64,000 nucleotides of DNA from Histomonas meleagridis 2922-C6/04-290x. Its lineage: Eukaryota > Protista > Parabasalia. The translations under genes and the position numbers were made by a program. Positions 10,605 through 22,172 of the stretch are shown piece by piece. The notes beneath the pieces are model-generated. The model was not told the origin of the DNA, ran no database searches, and saw only the letters and a list, made by a program, of their open reading frames with translations. Every line of letters starts with the position of its first letter. The first letter of the stretch is position 1. The stretch covers positions 62,001 through 126,000 of the forward strand of contig JAANOX010000159.1 in NCBI GenBank assembly GCA_020184695.1, read 5' to 3'.

Positions 10605-11546
10605 ATGTCAACTTATGACTGGAGTCAAGCCGAAAAGGTCGATGTAATAGTTGTTGGAAGTGGTCCAGCAGGAAGCACAGCTGCACTTTATATCGCCCGT
10701 GCTGGTTATAGTCCAATTGTTCTTCATGGTGAAGTCCCAGGAGGCCAACTTACCACAACAACAGAAATCGAAAACTTCCCTGGCTGGACAGGTACTGGAC
10801 CAGATCTTGTCATGAAAATTGAAGAACAAGCTACAGCTGCTGGTGCCGAATATCGATTTGAGCATATTACTGAATGTGATCTTCTTACAACTCCAAAGAA
10901 GATATCAACTGATTGCGATACTCACTATCTTGCTAACGTTGTTATTATTGCCACTGGTGCAAGTGCAATGTATCTTGGTTTACCAAATGAGGAAAGATTA
11001 AAGATGCATGGAGTCTCTGGATGTGCTACTTGTGATGGACCCTTATATCGTGGCAAAGATGTTGTCGTTGTAGGAGGTGGTGATGCTGCAGTCGAAGAAG
11101 CATTATTCTTATCACACATAGCTAAGTCTGTTAAACTTATTCACCGTCGTGACCAACTTCGTGCATCTCTCCCAATGAAGAAGAAGATCGAAGCATCAAC
11201 TGTTCAAATCGTTTGGGATACAATTATTACCGATGTTCTCGGACAAGATCATGTCACTGGCCTTAAGGTCAAGAACGTGAAGACGAACGAGGAGAAAGAA
11301 ATTGAGTGCGAAGCTTTATTCGTCGCAATCGGTCACACACCAGCAACAAAACCATTCCGTGGCCAATTAGAATGTGATCAACAAGGATACATTATAACAC
11401 ACGGTACACCTGCAACAAACATTCCTGGCGTATTTGCAGCTGGTGATTGTGCTGATCGTGTGTATCGCCAAGCAATCACATCAGCAGGAACTGGATGCCA
11501 GGCAGCATTGCTTGCAGAAAGGTACTTACAGGAAATTGCTAAATAA
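10605..11546 (+). CDS. trxR: Low-molecular-weight thioredoxin reductase
   Basis: GSGPAG FAD motif, CATCDG redox centre, GGGDAA NADPH motif, RQAITSAG. Confidence 0.95.
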   Translation: MSTYDWSQAEKVDVIVVGSGPAGSTAALYIARAGYSPIVLHGEVPGGQLTTTTEIENFPGWTGTGPDLVMKIEEQATAAGAEYRFEHITECDLLTTPKKISTDCDTHYLANVVIIATGASAMYLGLPNEERLKMHGVSGCATCDGPLYRGKDVVVVGGGDAAVEEALFLSHIAKSVKLIHRRDQLRASLPMKKKIEASTVQIVWDTIITDVLGQDHVTGLKVKNVKTNEEKEIECEALFVAIGHTPATKPFRGQLECDQQGYIITHGTPATNIPGVFAAGDCADRVYRQAITSAGTGCQAALLAERYLQEIAK

Positions 11547-12435
11547 AAAGAAACAATTCCCTATAAAATATTTTCCTTATCGTATACAATATTTACAATT
11601 TATGAGAAAGTTCTATTTGCAAATATACATTTGCGGAATTATCGAATACAAATATATTTACTTATGGTATTGAAGAACATTTGATTGATTAAATGTGTGT
11701 AAAGTTTCAACTAATTGTATACATGAAATCATTCAAATTAATTTAAGTGTTAACAAAGATATTGATATATTCGCTTTCAAATTAGAAATTTAAATTTAAT
11801 AATTATTAAATTCTTTTTTTAGATTTTCAAATAAAAGTGCTGTTTTTATAATATAATGTGTTGTATAAAAGTGGCATTTTATTTTTGTTTACATAGAATA
11901 TTTTATTAATCATAAATTTGAATATGGGTTTTTGAATGAATTGAGTCGATTCGGTTTGTGTTTCATAAGCTCATTCAATCAAAATGTTTAAACCGAAACC
12001 AATGATGTTTTTTGTGTCGATATCTGGTCAATGTATTCAAAAACATAAATTGAGAATTTCATATGATTTTATTCATTGTTTCATAAGTTTCATTCAAGTT
12101 CAGACGATACTTCATCTCAATCACAATTTCAATATAGAAATCACAACTCTTTGACTTATGTTACATATGTTTTATTGGAATCTCTACAGTAAGACAAAAT
12201 CCATTAAATTTTATTATGTATTGAAGAAAAAAAAATCTCAAAATTCCTTACATTCATTTATATGTCCATGAATGCAATATAAGAATATTCAACTTGTTTC
12301 GAGCTTCGCTATCATCACAGATGAACAGGTTTTAGAATTAAATACTTTACACAAATAAATATTCAATAATCTGCACAGCCAATTCTGGATTCGAAAATTC
12401 AATTTCAATGCATGTAATAATGTTTATTTAATATA

Positions 12436-13443
12436 TTATTCAGCGAAAGTATATGGGGCATTAACACCTCGTCTTGATTCTGGCATTCTCAACAAGTGGT
12501 ATCTGTTTGAGAGTATCTTATTATTTGAAAATGAAGGAGGAACGCCAATTCTTTGGCTTAGCGGTTTTTCTGTATTGCTTCGTGAGCTGCACATAGCAGA
12601 GTAACTGTATTTTTTAATACTTTCAAATATAGGATAACGAAGTAATTTTGTAATTGGTTCTCTCCTAGCCGGATTTATCGTAGTCATAGCCCGAATCAAC
12701 CTACAAAACTCTGAATCTGCACTAGGTGGAAATGTAATAACTCCTGATTTGATAGCAAACTCTAGTTCATCCATACCACGAACCGCCCATGGAAGTCTTC
12801 CAAATGCCAAGAAATAAAATGTTATTCCAAGTGACCAAATGTCGGCCAAAAATGGATCTGTATTCTGTCTGCTGATTATCTCTGGTGCCATAAAAGGAAG
12901 TGATCCTGCAAAGCTTTTCAGGCTTTTTCCTTTTTTAATCTTTTTACTTAGACCAAAGTCAGCAAGCTTTGGTCTTCCATAATTATCTAATAGTATGTTT
13001 GCTGGACTTATATCTCTATGCGCAATGTTTTGTTCGTGACAGTGTAGAAGCGCTTTCAGTATTTGGTAGCAATATGAATACAATTTTGGTGGTCTTATCG
13101 GACCTTCCTTTTCGATCAAATCTCTAAGTGATCCGCCTCTGCAATATTCCAGAACAATGTATAAGCTTGTATGTGTTGAATCAAAGAAGAACTCGTACAT
13201 TGAAATAATGTTTGGATGACAAAGCCTAATAAGTGTTGTTGCTTCATTTTTTGTTGTGTTAAATTCTGATTCTTCTTGTTTGATTATTTTGACGCAAAAA
13301 TCTTGATTGTATTTTTCTGATCTAACAAGAAATACTGAACCAAAGCCACCAACTCCTACAAATCTTTTAAAACGGTAGTTATGTTCTGGTAAAATTTCTT
13401 GTATTTCTGCAAGATTAATTTTAGGAACTGAACGAAGGAGCAT
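12436..13443 (-). CDS. CAMK-group Ser/Thr protein kinase
   Basis: GVGGFG, VKII, HRDISPAN, DFG, GSLPFMAPE, DIWSLG. Confidence 0.9.
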   Translation of the reverse strand: MLLRSVPKINLAEIQEILPEHNYRFKRFVGVGGFGSVFLVRSEKYNQDFCVKIIKQEESEFNTTKNEATTLIRLCHPNIISMYEFFFDSTHTSLYIVLEYCRGGSLRDLIEKEGPIRPPKLYSYCYQILKALLHCHEQNIAHRDISPANILLDNYGRPKLADFGLSKKIKKGKSLKSFAGSLPFMAPEIISRQNTDPFLADIWSLGITFYFLAFGRLPWAVRGMDELEFAIKSGVITFPPSADSEFCRLIRAMTTINPARREPITKLLRYPIFESIKKYSYSAMCSSRSNTEKPLSQRIGVPPSFSNNKILSNRYHLLRMPESRRGVNAPYTFAE

Positions 13444-14496
13444 GAGAATCTTTTGGTAGATTTTGGGTGTTTACAAGCTTTTAATTGTATTTCAATGCAT
13501 TGAAAATATTTTCTGAATTACTTTTTGAATCCGTTGTATTCTATACCAAATTTTGGAATGACCAAATACAGGTAAAAACATCAATACGAATGCTTTTACA
13601 TTTCCAATTAATTATGCACTATGTTGACACAAATAATTCATATGGAATGGGTTGGAATCAGATACATATTTGACAAAAAATTTGTTTTTAATCGGACCTT
13701 CGATCAAATTAAACCGAAATTTTGAATGGTTGTAAATGTAAAAATTGTGTTGTGTTAATTAAAGCCGGTCCGAAAAAAATTGGCCTAAAACTTACGATGA
13801 AAGAAATTTTTAACATTTATTTTGATGTTTGCATTCATATCAAAGGTTCTTCTATCCATACCTTGGTGTAATTTGTTTTAATTGCAATTAGAAGAAGAAA
13901 AAAAAAAGACAAAAACCATTGATTGTAACGTCAGCGTCATAATGACTTTTTGAATATATTTATCATCAATCCATATCAGAAAACTGTAGTCAAAAAATAA
14001 TTCAATATTTATCACCAAAGTAACGCTTTTTTTGCGAACTTTACACATGTTGTAAAACACGTTGTAAAATGGATTTGTTTGTTTTCAAAATTGATTTTTT
14101 TTTCTCTTTTAATTTAAAAAAATAACAATCGCACTGACCCTATCAATGCACATTATTTCACCATCACTCTATCCAATTTTTTGATTTTATGAATTGAAAA
14201 TATCATAATTTGATCTAAAATTTGCAAATTAGAAGCTCATAGATTCAAAAAAACATTCAAAAGCTTCTATGAATAAACAAAAAAGACATAATTGTTTCAT
14301 TTTTATCTGCTAAAAATATTTTTTTGGACTGTACAGTCATTCAAAAACAACGTTAATTTTAATGGACATGTCAGATTCTCCATAATTGGTCGTTATTAAA
14401 TGGATTGTGGGAACTCTGTTCGACCATTTAAGTTTATGATCGCAATTTTTAAACGTTCTTTAAAAGTCTGATTTCTATCGTGGCCTTTGGGAAAAA

Positions 14497-15147
14497 ATGA
14501 CCGAAATCGAAGTAAAACTTACCATCACCGAAGAAGGATACCAAAAATTTCTTGATTTATTCAATGGAAACTATGAAAGAAATGAACTTTGGAATATATT
14601 TTTAAATACAAAAGATGGAAAATTATCATCATCAAGAAAAGTTTTACGTCTTCGTCGCATAACTACAAAGGAAGTCAAAAAATATGTTGTCACTTTAAAA
14701 GGACAAGGATTTATGGTTAATGGCATTGCAAATCGACCAGAAATTGAAACAGATATTCCAAACGAAATAGCAGAATCAATAATTAAATCACCGCAAAAGC
14801 TCTTTCACTCACTGCCTGAAATCATTAAAGAGCAAATTAAGGAATGCGAAAATAGTGATTTTTACATTTATGGAGATTTTCATGATGTTAGAAATGTTGT
14901 TTCTTACCAAGGACTTACTGTAGAAGCAGATGAAATGATACTTCCTAATGACAAAAAAGTTTTTGAATTAGAGATAGAAAACGAAAATCCAATTCAAGCC
15001 AAAGAAACAATTTCAAAGTTTCTAAATGAAAACAATATAAGATATATAGACTCACCAATGGGAAAGTTCTCACGGCTTAGTAGATTACCCGAAGATCAGC
15101 GTTTTTCAAATGAAATGAAAAATCAAACACTACCAAAAAATGAATAA
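14497..15147 (+). CDS. CYTH / triphosphate tunnel metalloenzyme
   Basis: N-terminal EIEVK (ExExK), LRLRR, VTLKG, FELEIE. Confidence 0.85.
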   Translation: MTEIEVKLTITEEGYQKFLDLFNGNYERNELWNIFLNTKDGKLSSSRKVLRLRRITTKEVKKYVVTLKGQGFMVNGIANRPEIETDIPNEIAESIIKSPQKLFHSLPEIIKEQIKECENSDFYIYGDFHDVRNVVSYQGLTVEADEMILPNDKKVFELEIENENPIQAKETISKFLNENNIRYIDSPMGKFSRLSRLPEDQRFSNEMKNQTLPKNE

Positions 15148-15541
15148 ATTGTCACTACGCTCTCCTTTTTTAGAACATATGAAAAGAACTCTTTATATGA
15201 AATCATTTTTTGATTCCTTTTAAATCAAGATGATATTATTCTTAAGAAAATTAATTTACTGCTTTAATCTTTATGAAATTACCATCATGCGTTTTTTGCT
15301 GATGATTTGAACTAAATATTTGTTTTTAGTATTGGCATTTTATGCTGGATTTATAAATTGATAAACTATGTTTCAATGAGTGGAATACATATTAAAAGTA
15401 TAGTTTTTACTTCACATGGTGAAAGAAAATTGTTTTTAAATATTTTTTGATTTAATTTCTAGATGCTATGACCAAATCAATAGACCGTTTATCAAAAAAA
15501 CGCATTCAAAATTTGAGAACAAAAGGCGCCAAAACCAGTAA

Positions 15542-15549
15542 AAAGTGAC
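15542..15549 (+). promoter_or_regulatory. AAAGTGAC motif upstream of the La-domain gene
   Basis: Exact motif 21 nt before ATG 15571. Confidence 0.45.
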
Positions 15550-15570
15550 ATATCACACCCACTTCAGCAA

Positions 15571-16272
15571 ATGAAAGCTATCCTTGATTTCTTTGCAAAA
15601 ATACTTGGTTTCGAAAAGGATCCGAATGATTTTACTTCTAGTGAGTCTGAAGATAGAGATTTTCCTGATCCACACCCAAATCGTACTTTGAGAATGGAAC
15701 AACTTCAATATTACTTCAGTGGAAATAATCTTGAAAATGATGAAGTTTTTAGAACCGAAATCGAGAAGAACCCAGAAGGATATGTTTCTTACGATTTCTT
15801 GCTGAAATGCAATCGTCTTCGTCAACTTAAGTCCACACCAAAGAAATTATTCGTTGCAGGTTGTGCTTCAGCTTATTTAGATGCTGATGAACAGAAAGGA
15901 ATCAAATCGAAAAAACCATTTGTTTCAGATCCACGCAGAGCTTATCGAACTATACGTGTTTCTGGCTTTCGCCCATATGTGCCTCTCAGCGAGCAAGAAG
16001 AATTTTTCACAAGCATACCTGATTTTGCCGGCTTAATCGAGTACATTGGTCTTGAGCGTAGATATGATAAAGACACAGATAGATTGGTATATACAGGAAC
16101 AACTACCATCGAGTTTAAAGAAGAAGGAATTGCTCAGAGTGTTCTTGAAAGGGGAATTCAATACAATTCCAAAGATGGTTTAAAGATCGAACTTTTATCA
16201 GATTTTATCAACAGAACCAAGAAAAACCTTAACAACAGAAATAACAAGCAAAGATCTCCAAGACGAAAATAA
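15571..16272 (+). CDS. La-motif + RRM RNA-binding protein
   Basis: QLQYYFSGNNLENDEVF...GYVSYDFLLKCNRLRQL (La HTH) followed by an RRM-like segment. Confidence 0.8.
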   Translation: MKAILDFFAKILGFEKDPNDFTSSESEDRDFPDPHPNRTLRMEQLQYYFSGNNLENDEVFRTEIEKNPEGYVSYDFLLKCNRLRQLKSTPKKLFVAGCASAYLDADEQKGIKSKKPFVSDPRRAYRTIRVSGFRPYVPLSEQEEFFTSIPDFAGLIEYIGLERRYDKDTDRLVYTGTTTIEFKEEGIAQSVLERGIQYNSKDGLKIELLSDFINRTKKNLNNRNNKQRSPRRK

Positions 16273-16499
16273 AATCAATTTTTAAGGATTAACTCTTAAA
16301 TTTAAAAAGACAAATTTTTGAACTTTTCACTATAATTTTAAACAAATTTTTTTTGGTGATCCAGCTTTTAAAAGTAACAAGGAAACAGATTAAAGTTGTT
16401 TGCTGCCAAAGAAACCGATTTATGTTGTGAAAAATTTCTATCGTTCATAGAATTTCCTATCGGCTTTAAAACTTTAAATGAAAACAAGAATTTCTGTTT

Positions 16500-17924
16500 T
16501 TATTCATATTGATTATTAATTAAAGCAGCAATATCTTTGTCTTCTGTCTTCCCAAAGCATTTTTCAAACATTTCTCTGTCATTCATAATACATTGAGCCA
16601 AGAAAAATCTGATGTTTGATACATTGTCATTACACAATTTGAGGAATTCTTCATTGAGCGATTCTGGAAAATTACATTTGGCAATTATCTTCGCAAGTAC
16701 AAGTCTTATTTGCCAGTTATCTTGCATGAGTTTCTTTGCTTCAATAGCATTAGTTTTGTCATCATCGATAAGTGATTCCCATAGATCAACTGAATAATTT
16801 CTTACAGCTGCAACCAAATCTTCGGAAAAATATATTGCAATATCACACAGCTTTGAGTGGAGAGTGTCAACAAACAGTATGGCCTGTTGGAGAAGAGAAA
16901 TTTTAATTCTCCAGTTTGGGGCACCCCGCGGATCCAAAAAGTGCAGAAAGAAATTTTTGTTCGAAAAAACAAGTGAAAACTTGTGTAAATGTTGCACAAA
17001 GATTGGAGAAAACCTTACATCAAGGCAACAGTTAAGGAGGAGATCATGCTCAGACTCATTAACAACTCGTGATAAGTTGATAAGAGCTGCAGCGGAAGAT
17101 TCAGCTTCATATTTCATCCCTTCTCGGAAATCAGCTAGGACAGTTTGAAAGCCATTGGCTTTTACAATGGGTTTAATGTTTCTGAACGCAGATTTTGCAG
17201 TTTCTGGATCATAAAAGAGAACTTGATAAAGATCATAACGGTCTGGACACATTTGGGAAATTATAGTTGCTGTCTCTCTTCGTATTTTTGGGTTTCGATC
17301 TTTAATAGAACTTCGGACAACATATTCAATAAAATCAAGACTAAAGTTTGAGTTCGGAAGAGCCTTGAGAAAGTCAATCCTTACTTGAGGAACACGGTCG
17401 AGTAATAAGGCGCGACAATAACTTGTTATTTTGTCGCAATGAAGAACATATTGTGATAATGTTGCTGCTAACGAACGAATTTGGGCTTCGTTACCAGATG
17501 AATCTTTAGCAATTATGTCAAATAAAACATCATCTCTGTATCTTGATGGAATAGAACAAATGGTGCTTGAAATTAATTTTGTTAATTTTTTTACAGCAAA
17601 TGCCGAATTGTTAAATTGAAATGCATCGTGGAGGGCAGGCAATATTTCATTGGTAACTAAATTTAATCCATCTTGATCCAAATTATCAATAAAAATACGT
17701 GTTAATTTAGGAAGCTCGTCAATGGCCTCAAAGTTTAGCTTTGATATCTGTTGTTTTATGGATGGTATCAAATTATTAATTACGAAGGCTAATGAAAATG
17801 AAGTGATTTTTTCATTATTTCCAATAAATGGTTGGCACATACGAGGAAAGAAATCAGGATCTGGTATTTGCGATATAAGAATTGGAGGAGGTGACATTAT
17901 TTTGGTATTTGGGACTTCAAGCAT
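16500..17924 (-). CDS. HEAT-repeat protein, PP2A scaffold (A subunit)-like
   Basis: HEAT signatures (LLDRVPQVR, PNWRIK, SEDLVAAVR, NDNVSNIRF). Start ATG uncertain (17924 or 17897). Confidence 0.7.
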   Translation of the reverse strand: MLEVPNTKIMSPPPILISQIPDPDFFPRMCQPFIGNNEKITSFSLAFVINNLIPSIKQQISKLNFEAIDELPKLTRIFIDNLDQDGLNLVTNEILPALHDAFQFNNSAFAVKKLTKLISSTICSIPSRYRDDVLFDIIAKDSSGNEAQIRSLAATLSQYVLHCDKITSYCRALLLDRVPQVRIDFLKALPNSNFSLDFIEYVVRSSIKDRNPKIRRETATIISQMCPDRYDLYQVLFYDPETAKSAFRNIKPIVKANGFQTVLADFREGMKYEAESSAAALINLSRVVNESEHDLLLNCCLDVRFSPIFVQHLHKFSLVFSNKNFFLHFLDPRGAPNWRIKISLLQQAILFVDTLHSKLCDIAIYFSEDLVAAVRNYSVDLWESLIDDDKTNAIEAKKLMQDNWQIRLVLAKIIAKCNFPESLNEEFLKLCNDNVSNIRFFLAQCIMNDREMFEKCFGKTEDKDIAALINNQYE

Positions 17925-18623
17925 CAAAAAAATATCGCAACTTTTCAATGCAATTAACCGCTTTGAAATGCTTTCAAAAATTGTGGGTTTTAAACCCACT
18001 TAAACGAATCACAAAAAGTGAGTCCAAATAAACGGTTTCGTTTTACCTTCGAATTGAAGTACACAAATGTGATCCAGCTTAATATTACTTCAAACACAAA
18101 ACAAAAGCATTCTGTAGATGTATAAATATTGTGTTAAGGTATGGTTAAAATCCCTCTTATTTATTTTTGGCATGCAATTTTTCATTCAATCTGGTTCATG
18201 ATTTTCAAGTTGATTTTTAAACTTAATTTTAAAGAAGATGCCTTATCTAAGCAATCATTATGCGATGAGAAAGTAAAAAATTTTATAAAAATAGAGTTAT
18301 TCAAAGAAATAGAGTAATATTTCATCTTTTAAACAAACTCAATATGTTTACCTTGAGAATCTCTGTTTTATCTGTGACTATACTCTGTGGGTGGGAAAAA
18401 AATTTAAAAAAACGTTTTAATTCATTTCAATTTACTCTATTCCAGATTTAAAAATATTTTTCATTATGTAAGGATGTTATATTACGTCAGAGTATCATTT
18501 TAAAAATTATTTTCAAGCGTACCTAATTCATTGGCACCTTGAAACCTGGGCCAATAAAAGAAATGCATTTCCATGTAATGTTGATTAGTTAATTTTGTTT
18601 TTAACTTTGGTTGCTAATAACAC

Positions 18624-21600
18624 TTAATTACTTACTAATATTGTATTATTAAGAGCAGTTTGAAAATAAGTCCGCATTGTTCCAATTTCTTTCCGTGTTT
18701 CTACGTTTTCGTTATGTAATTCATTTCTCCATGATTTTAGTTGTTGATCTGTGAAATTTTGACTTTCTTTTTTAAAATAGTCTAATTGTTTGGTAAATTC
18801 ATTGCGCATATCAGATAGGAATTTTTTCAGATCATTAGATTTAAATTTAAGAATTTCTGTATTAATTTCTTTTTTAACTTTACCATTTTCATCTTTAACT
18901 TTACCAATTTCATCTTTAACTTTCTTAATTTCATCTTTAACTTTCTTAATTTCATCTTTAACTTTACCAATTTCATCTTTAACTTTCTTAATTTCATCTT
19001 TAACTTTCTTAATTTCATCTTTAACTTTACCAATTTCTGTATTAACTGTTTCATTAATATCATCTTTAACTTTCCCAATTTCTGTATTAACTGTTGTAAT
19101 CATTTCTCTTTTAACTTTATCAATTTCTGTGTTAACTGTTTCATTAATACCATCTTTAATTTTCCTAATTTCATCTTTAACTTTACCAATTTCTGTGTTA
19201 ACTGTTTCATTAATATCATCTTTAACTTTACCAATTTCATCTTTAACTTTCTTAATTTCATCTTTAACTTTACCAATTTCATCTTTAACTTTACCAATTT
19301 CATCTTTAACTTTACCAATTTCATCTTTAACTTTACCAATTTCTGTATTAACTGTTTCATTAATATCATCTTTAACTTTATCAATTTCATCTTTAACTTT
19401 ACCAATTTCATCTTTAACTTTACTAATTTCATCTTTAACTTTACCAATTTCTGTATTAACTGTTTCATTAATTTCATCTTTAACTTTACCAATTTCATCT
19501 TTAACTTTACCAATTTCATCTTTAACTTTACCAATTTCATCTTTAACTTTACCAATTTCATCTTTAACTTTACCAATTTCATCTTTAACTTTACCAATTT
19601 CATCTTTAACTTTACCAATTTCATCTTTAACTTTACCAATTTCATCTTTAACTTTACCAATTTCATCTTTAACTTTACCAATTTCTGTATTAACTGTTTC
19701 ATTAATATCATCTTTAACTTTACCAATTTCATCTTTAACTTTACCAATTTCATCTTTAACTTTCTTAATTTCATCTTTAACTTTACCAATTTCTGTATTA
19801 ACTGTTTCATTAATTTCATCTTTAACTTTACCGATTTCTGTATTAACTGTTGTAATCATTTCTCTTTTAACTTTACCAATTTCTGTGTTAACTGTTGAAT
19901 TAATTTCATCTTTAAATTTACCATTTTCATCTTTAATTTTCTTAATTTTATCTTTAACTTTACCAATTTCTGTTTGTAATTCATTTCTCATTTGATTTAT
20001 TGCTTTGCTTTTATCATTTTCCTTTTTAACTTTGATCACATTTATTTCATTCTTTAATTTTCTTAAGAATTCCTTAATTTCATTCATTACATCAATCACA
20101 TAACTTTTGAGATCATCTTCTTCATATCCAAGCGGATCTTTTTTCTGATTCTTTTTATTTCCCCATTTTATTAAAGGTTCATATTTTTCTTCCAGATTTT
20201 TATACTCTTCGAACATTTTTAATCCTATTTCATTTCTTAACAGATATTCAATTTCAATAATATTATTTTTAAATTCGTTTTTATGCTTTTGATAGTATTC
20301 AAATGCATTTTTACGGTTTTCACCTCTTAGATATATATTATTAATTTCATTTTTTATATTTTGAATATTTGTATCATATTCATTAATTTTACTGAGTACC
20401 ATTTTTTTATCTACTATTTGACTGAAATCATTTAAATATTTTATGTATTTTTCAATTTCCTTTTTTTCATCCATATAAATGTATTCATCACAATCGTTTT
20501 TCTTAATTCTTTTTGAAACATCTTCTAATATTTGGTCGGAATTTATTATACATTCATCGTATTTTTCCAATTGTTCTTCCATTAAAATTAAATCTTTTAT
20601 TTCTATTTTATTAAAACCATAATAAGGTGTATAAGTAATTCCTTCAGATTGAGTAACTTCTATCATTTGTGAAATATTAAGTTTTATTTCAACTTTTTTT
20701 GCTGGATTTTCTGCATGAATAATTCCAATCGTTTTGTTGTTCATCATAAGTTTAAATTGGACAGATGTTCCTTTAAATTCAATTTCTTTCTTTGATGGAA
20801 TTTCACTTCCTTCTTTAAATAATACTTCTCTTTTTTCTGTTCCATTATCATTATAATCAATTAAAATATCAATATTTTCATGTTTAAGATCATTACGAAT
20901 TCTTTGGTAAATATCTTTAACTTCAAATAGACTATTTAATGGATTATTTGGTGTTAGCATAGCTGCAATAATGGCTGCTCCTTTTGCAATGTATTCATCA
21001 CAATGAGGATAATTAGTAATAAATTTAAAAGATTCATTCCCATTTGTTTGAAAGAAATTCTGAATTTTGTTAATAAAAGCATTAACACGAATTCCTGAAC
21101 CAACCATTACAGCACAATCAATGTTTTTCGTTGTAATAAATGCTTTGTGAATTGCTCTTTGTATTGGCTCAATGATTTTTGATGCAAGAGTATCAGTTTC
21201 TCTTGTAAATTCATCTTTTTTCCCTGTTAAACTATACGTACTTGAAAAACATTGAATTTCAACACCAAAATTTGGAGAACCGAAATATTTTGTTTTGGAT
21301 TCAAGTGCTGCTCGATGAATGTACAAATTTGTTTCAGGCGTGAAATTAATATTTTCCTTTCTCTCATCTGCTATCTTTTTAATTTTCGTTTTAAAATTGT
21401 TTTCAATAAATTCTGTTACTGCAGAACCACTAAAACGTGCATCACATACTGAACTTAAAATTCGTATTGTAACTTTTTCGGAATATTTATATTCTGTGAC
21501 ACAAACATTCATTGATGTGTCCCCAATGTCAATGAAAATAACATTTTTAGGAGTATTTTTTAACTCATGATGATTTTCATATGCATAATTTACGGAAGCA

Positions 21601-22172
21601 CATGTGGTAGTATTAACTAAGCAGACTGAATTTAGCTTCGATATCGAAGCAACGTCAAAAAGTGCTTGTCTTTGATAAATATCCCACCATGGTAAAACAG
21701 TGAGATAATATTTTGAAAATTTCATAGATGAAGTTTGAATGTTTGTGGAAGTATATGATAAAAAAGTTTTGAGTAAATAGGAAATGCATTGCTCAGGTTG
21801 AAGAATGATCGGATCGTATTTTCCATCAGTAATTTTTATCACAGTTTTACCACCAATTTCAACGAGATCAAATAATACATTTTTAGATATATTTTCCCTT
21901 TCGGTGGTGTTATATTTTGCTGTGATTAATTTATTGAGATCATAAATTGTTGTCTTTTGTCTACAATGTTGGTCACGATAAGGGATATCACCAATTAAAC
22001 GCTTGGGACTGAAGTATGACACATAAGCTTGAGTTTTTGAGTTTGACTGATTTTCTGCTATCTTGATAAGACTTATTCCTTGATTGTTTTTAACAGAAAC
22101 ATAGCCTGAAATAGTTGAATTTCCGAGATCTATTCCAATAAGATTATTTTCTTCACAGCTTTGTGATGACAT
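18624..22172 (-). CDS. Divergent Hsp70/Hsp110-like protein with a long C-terminal tandem-repeat coiled coil
   Basis: IGIDLGNS, LTVLPWWDIYQRQALFDVA, FIDIGDTSMNV, VMVGSGIRV, EYIAKGAAIIAA (actin/Hsp70-fold motifs); C-terminal (EIGKVKD)n. Confidence 0.75.
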   Translation of the reverse strand: MSSQSCEENNLIGIDLGNSTISGYVSVKNNQGISLIKIAENQSNSKTQAYVSYFSPKRLIGDIPYRDQHCRQKTTIYDLNKLITAKYNTTERENISKNVLFDLVEIGGKTVIKITDGKYDPIILQPEQCISYLLKTFLSYTSTNIQTSSMKFSKYYLTVLPWWDIYQRQALFDVASISKLNSVCLVNTTTCASVNYAYENHHELKNTPKNVIFIDIGDTSMNVCVTEYKYSEKVTIRILSSVCDARFSGSAVTEFIENNFKTKIKKIADERKENINFTPETNLYIHRAALESKTKYFGSPNFGVEIQCFSSTYSLTGKKDEFTRETDTLASKIIEPIQRAIHKAFITTKNIDCAVMVGSGIRVNAFINKIQNFFQTNGNESFKFITNYPHCDEYIAKGAAIIAAMLTPNNPLNSLFEVKDIYQRIRNDLKHENIDILIDYNDNGTEKREVLFKEGSEIPSKKEIEFKGTSVQFKLMMNNKTIGIIHAENPAKKVEIKLNISQMIEVTQSEGITYTPYYGFNKIEIKDLILMEEQLEKYDECIINSDQILEDVSKRIKKNDCDEYIYMDEKKEIEKYIKYLNDFSQIVDKKMVLSKINEYDTNIQNIKNEINNIYLRGENRKNAFEYYQKHKNEFKNNIIEIEYLLRNEIGLKMFEEYKNLEEKYEPLIKWGNKKNQKKDPLGYEEDDLKSYVIDVMNEIKEFLRKLKNEINVIKVKKENDKSKAINQMRNELQTEIGKVKDKIKKIKDENGKFKDEINSTVNTEIGKVKREMITTVNTEIGKVKDEINETVNTEIGKVKDEIKKVKDEIGKVKDEIGKVKDDINETVNTEIGKVKDEIGKVKDEIGKVKDEIGKVKDEIGKVKDEIGKVKDEIGKVKDEIGKVKDEIGKVKDEIGKVKDEINETVNTEIGKVKDEISKVKDEIGKVKDEIDKVKDDINETVNTEIGKVKDEIGKVKDEIGKVKDEIGKVKDEIKKVKDEIGKVKDDINETVNTEIGKVKDEIRKIKDGINETVNTEIDKVKREMITTVNTEIGKVKDDINETVNTEIGKVKDEIKKVKDEIKKVKDEIGKVKDEIKKVKDEIKKVKDEIGKVKDENGKVKKEINTEILKFKSNDLKKFLSDMRNEFTKQLDYFKKESQNFTDQQLKSWRNELHNENVETRKEIGTMRTYFQTALNNTILVSN
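18875..19975. repeat. Coding minisatellite: 21-bp unit TCATCTTTAACTTTACCAATT interspersed with 24-bp units
   Basis: Directly visible; about ten consecutive near-perfect units at about 19473-19683; encodes EIGKVKD and (D/E)INETVNT. Confidence 0.97.

Noticed and set aside
13685-13780. Possible MITE bounded by TCGGACC/GGTCCGA
   Set aside because: The inverted repeat is only 7 bp, with no target-site duplication or second copy.
19470-19690. Regular direct repeats considered as CRISPR
   Set aside because: Head-to-tail tandem units with no unique spacers, in frame within a eukaryotic CDS.
18790-19995. 401-aa plus-strand ORF (LTLPISS repeats) and the shifted-frame minus ORFs 18827-19078 and 19100-19819
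   Set aside because: These are shadows of the 21-bp repeat inside the Hsp70-like gene; the unit simply lacks stops in these frames.
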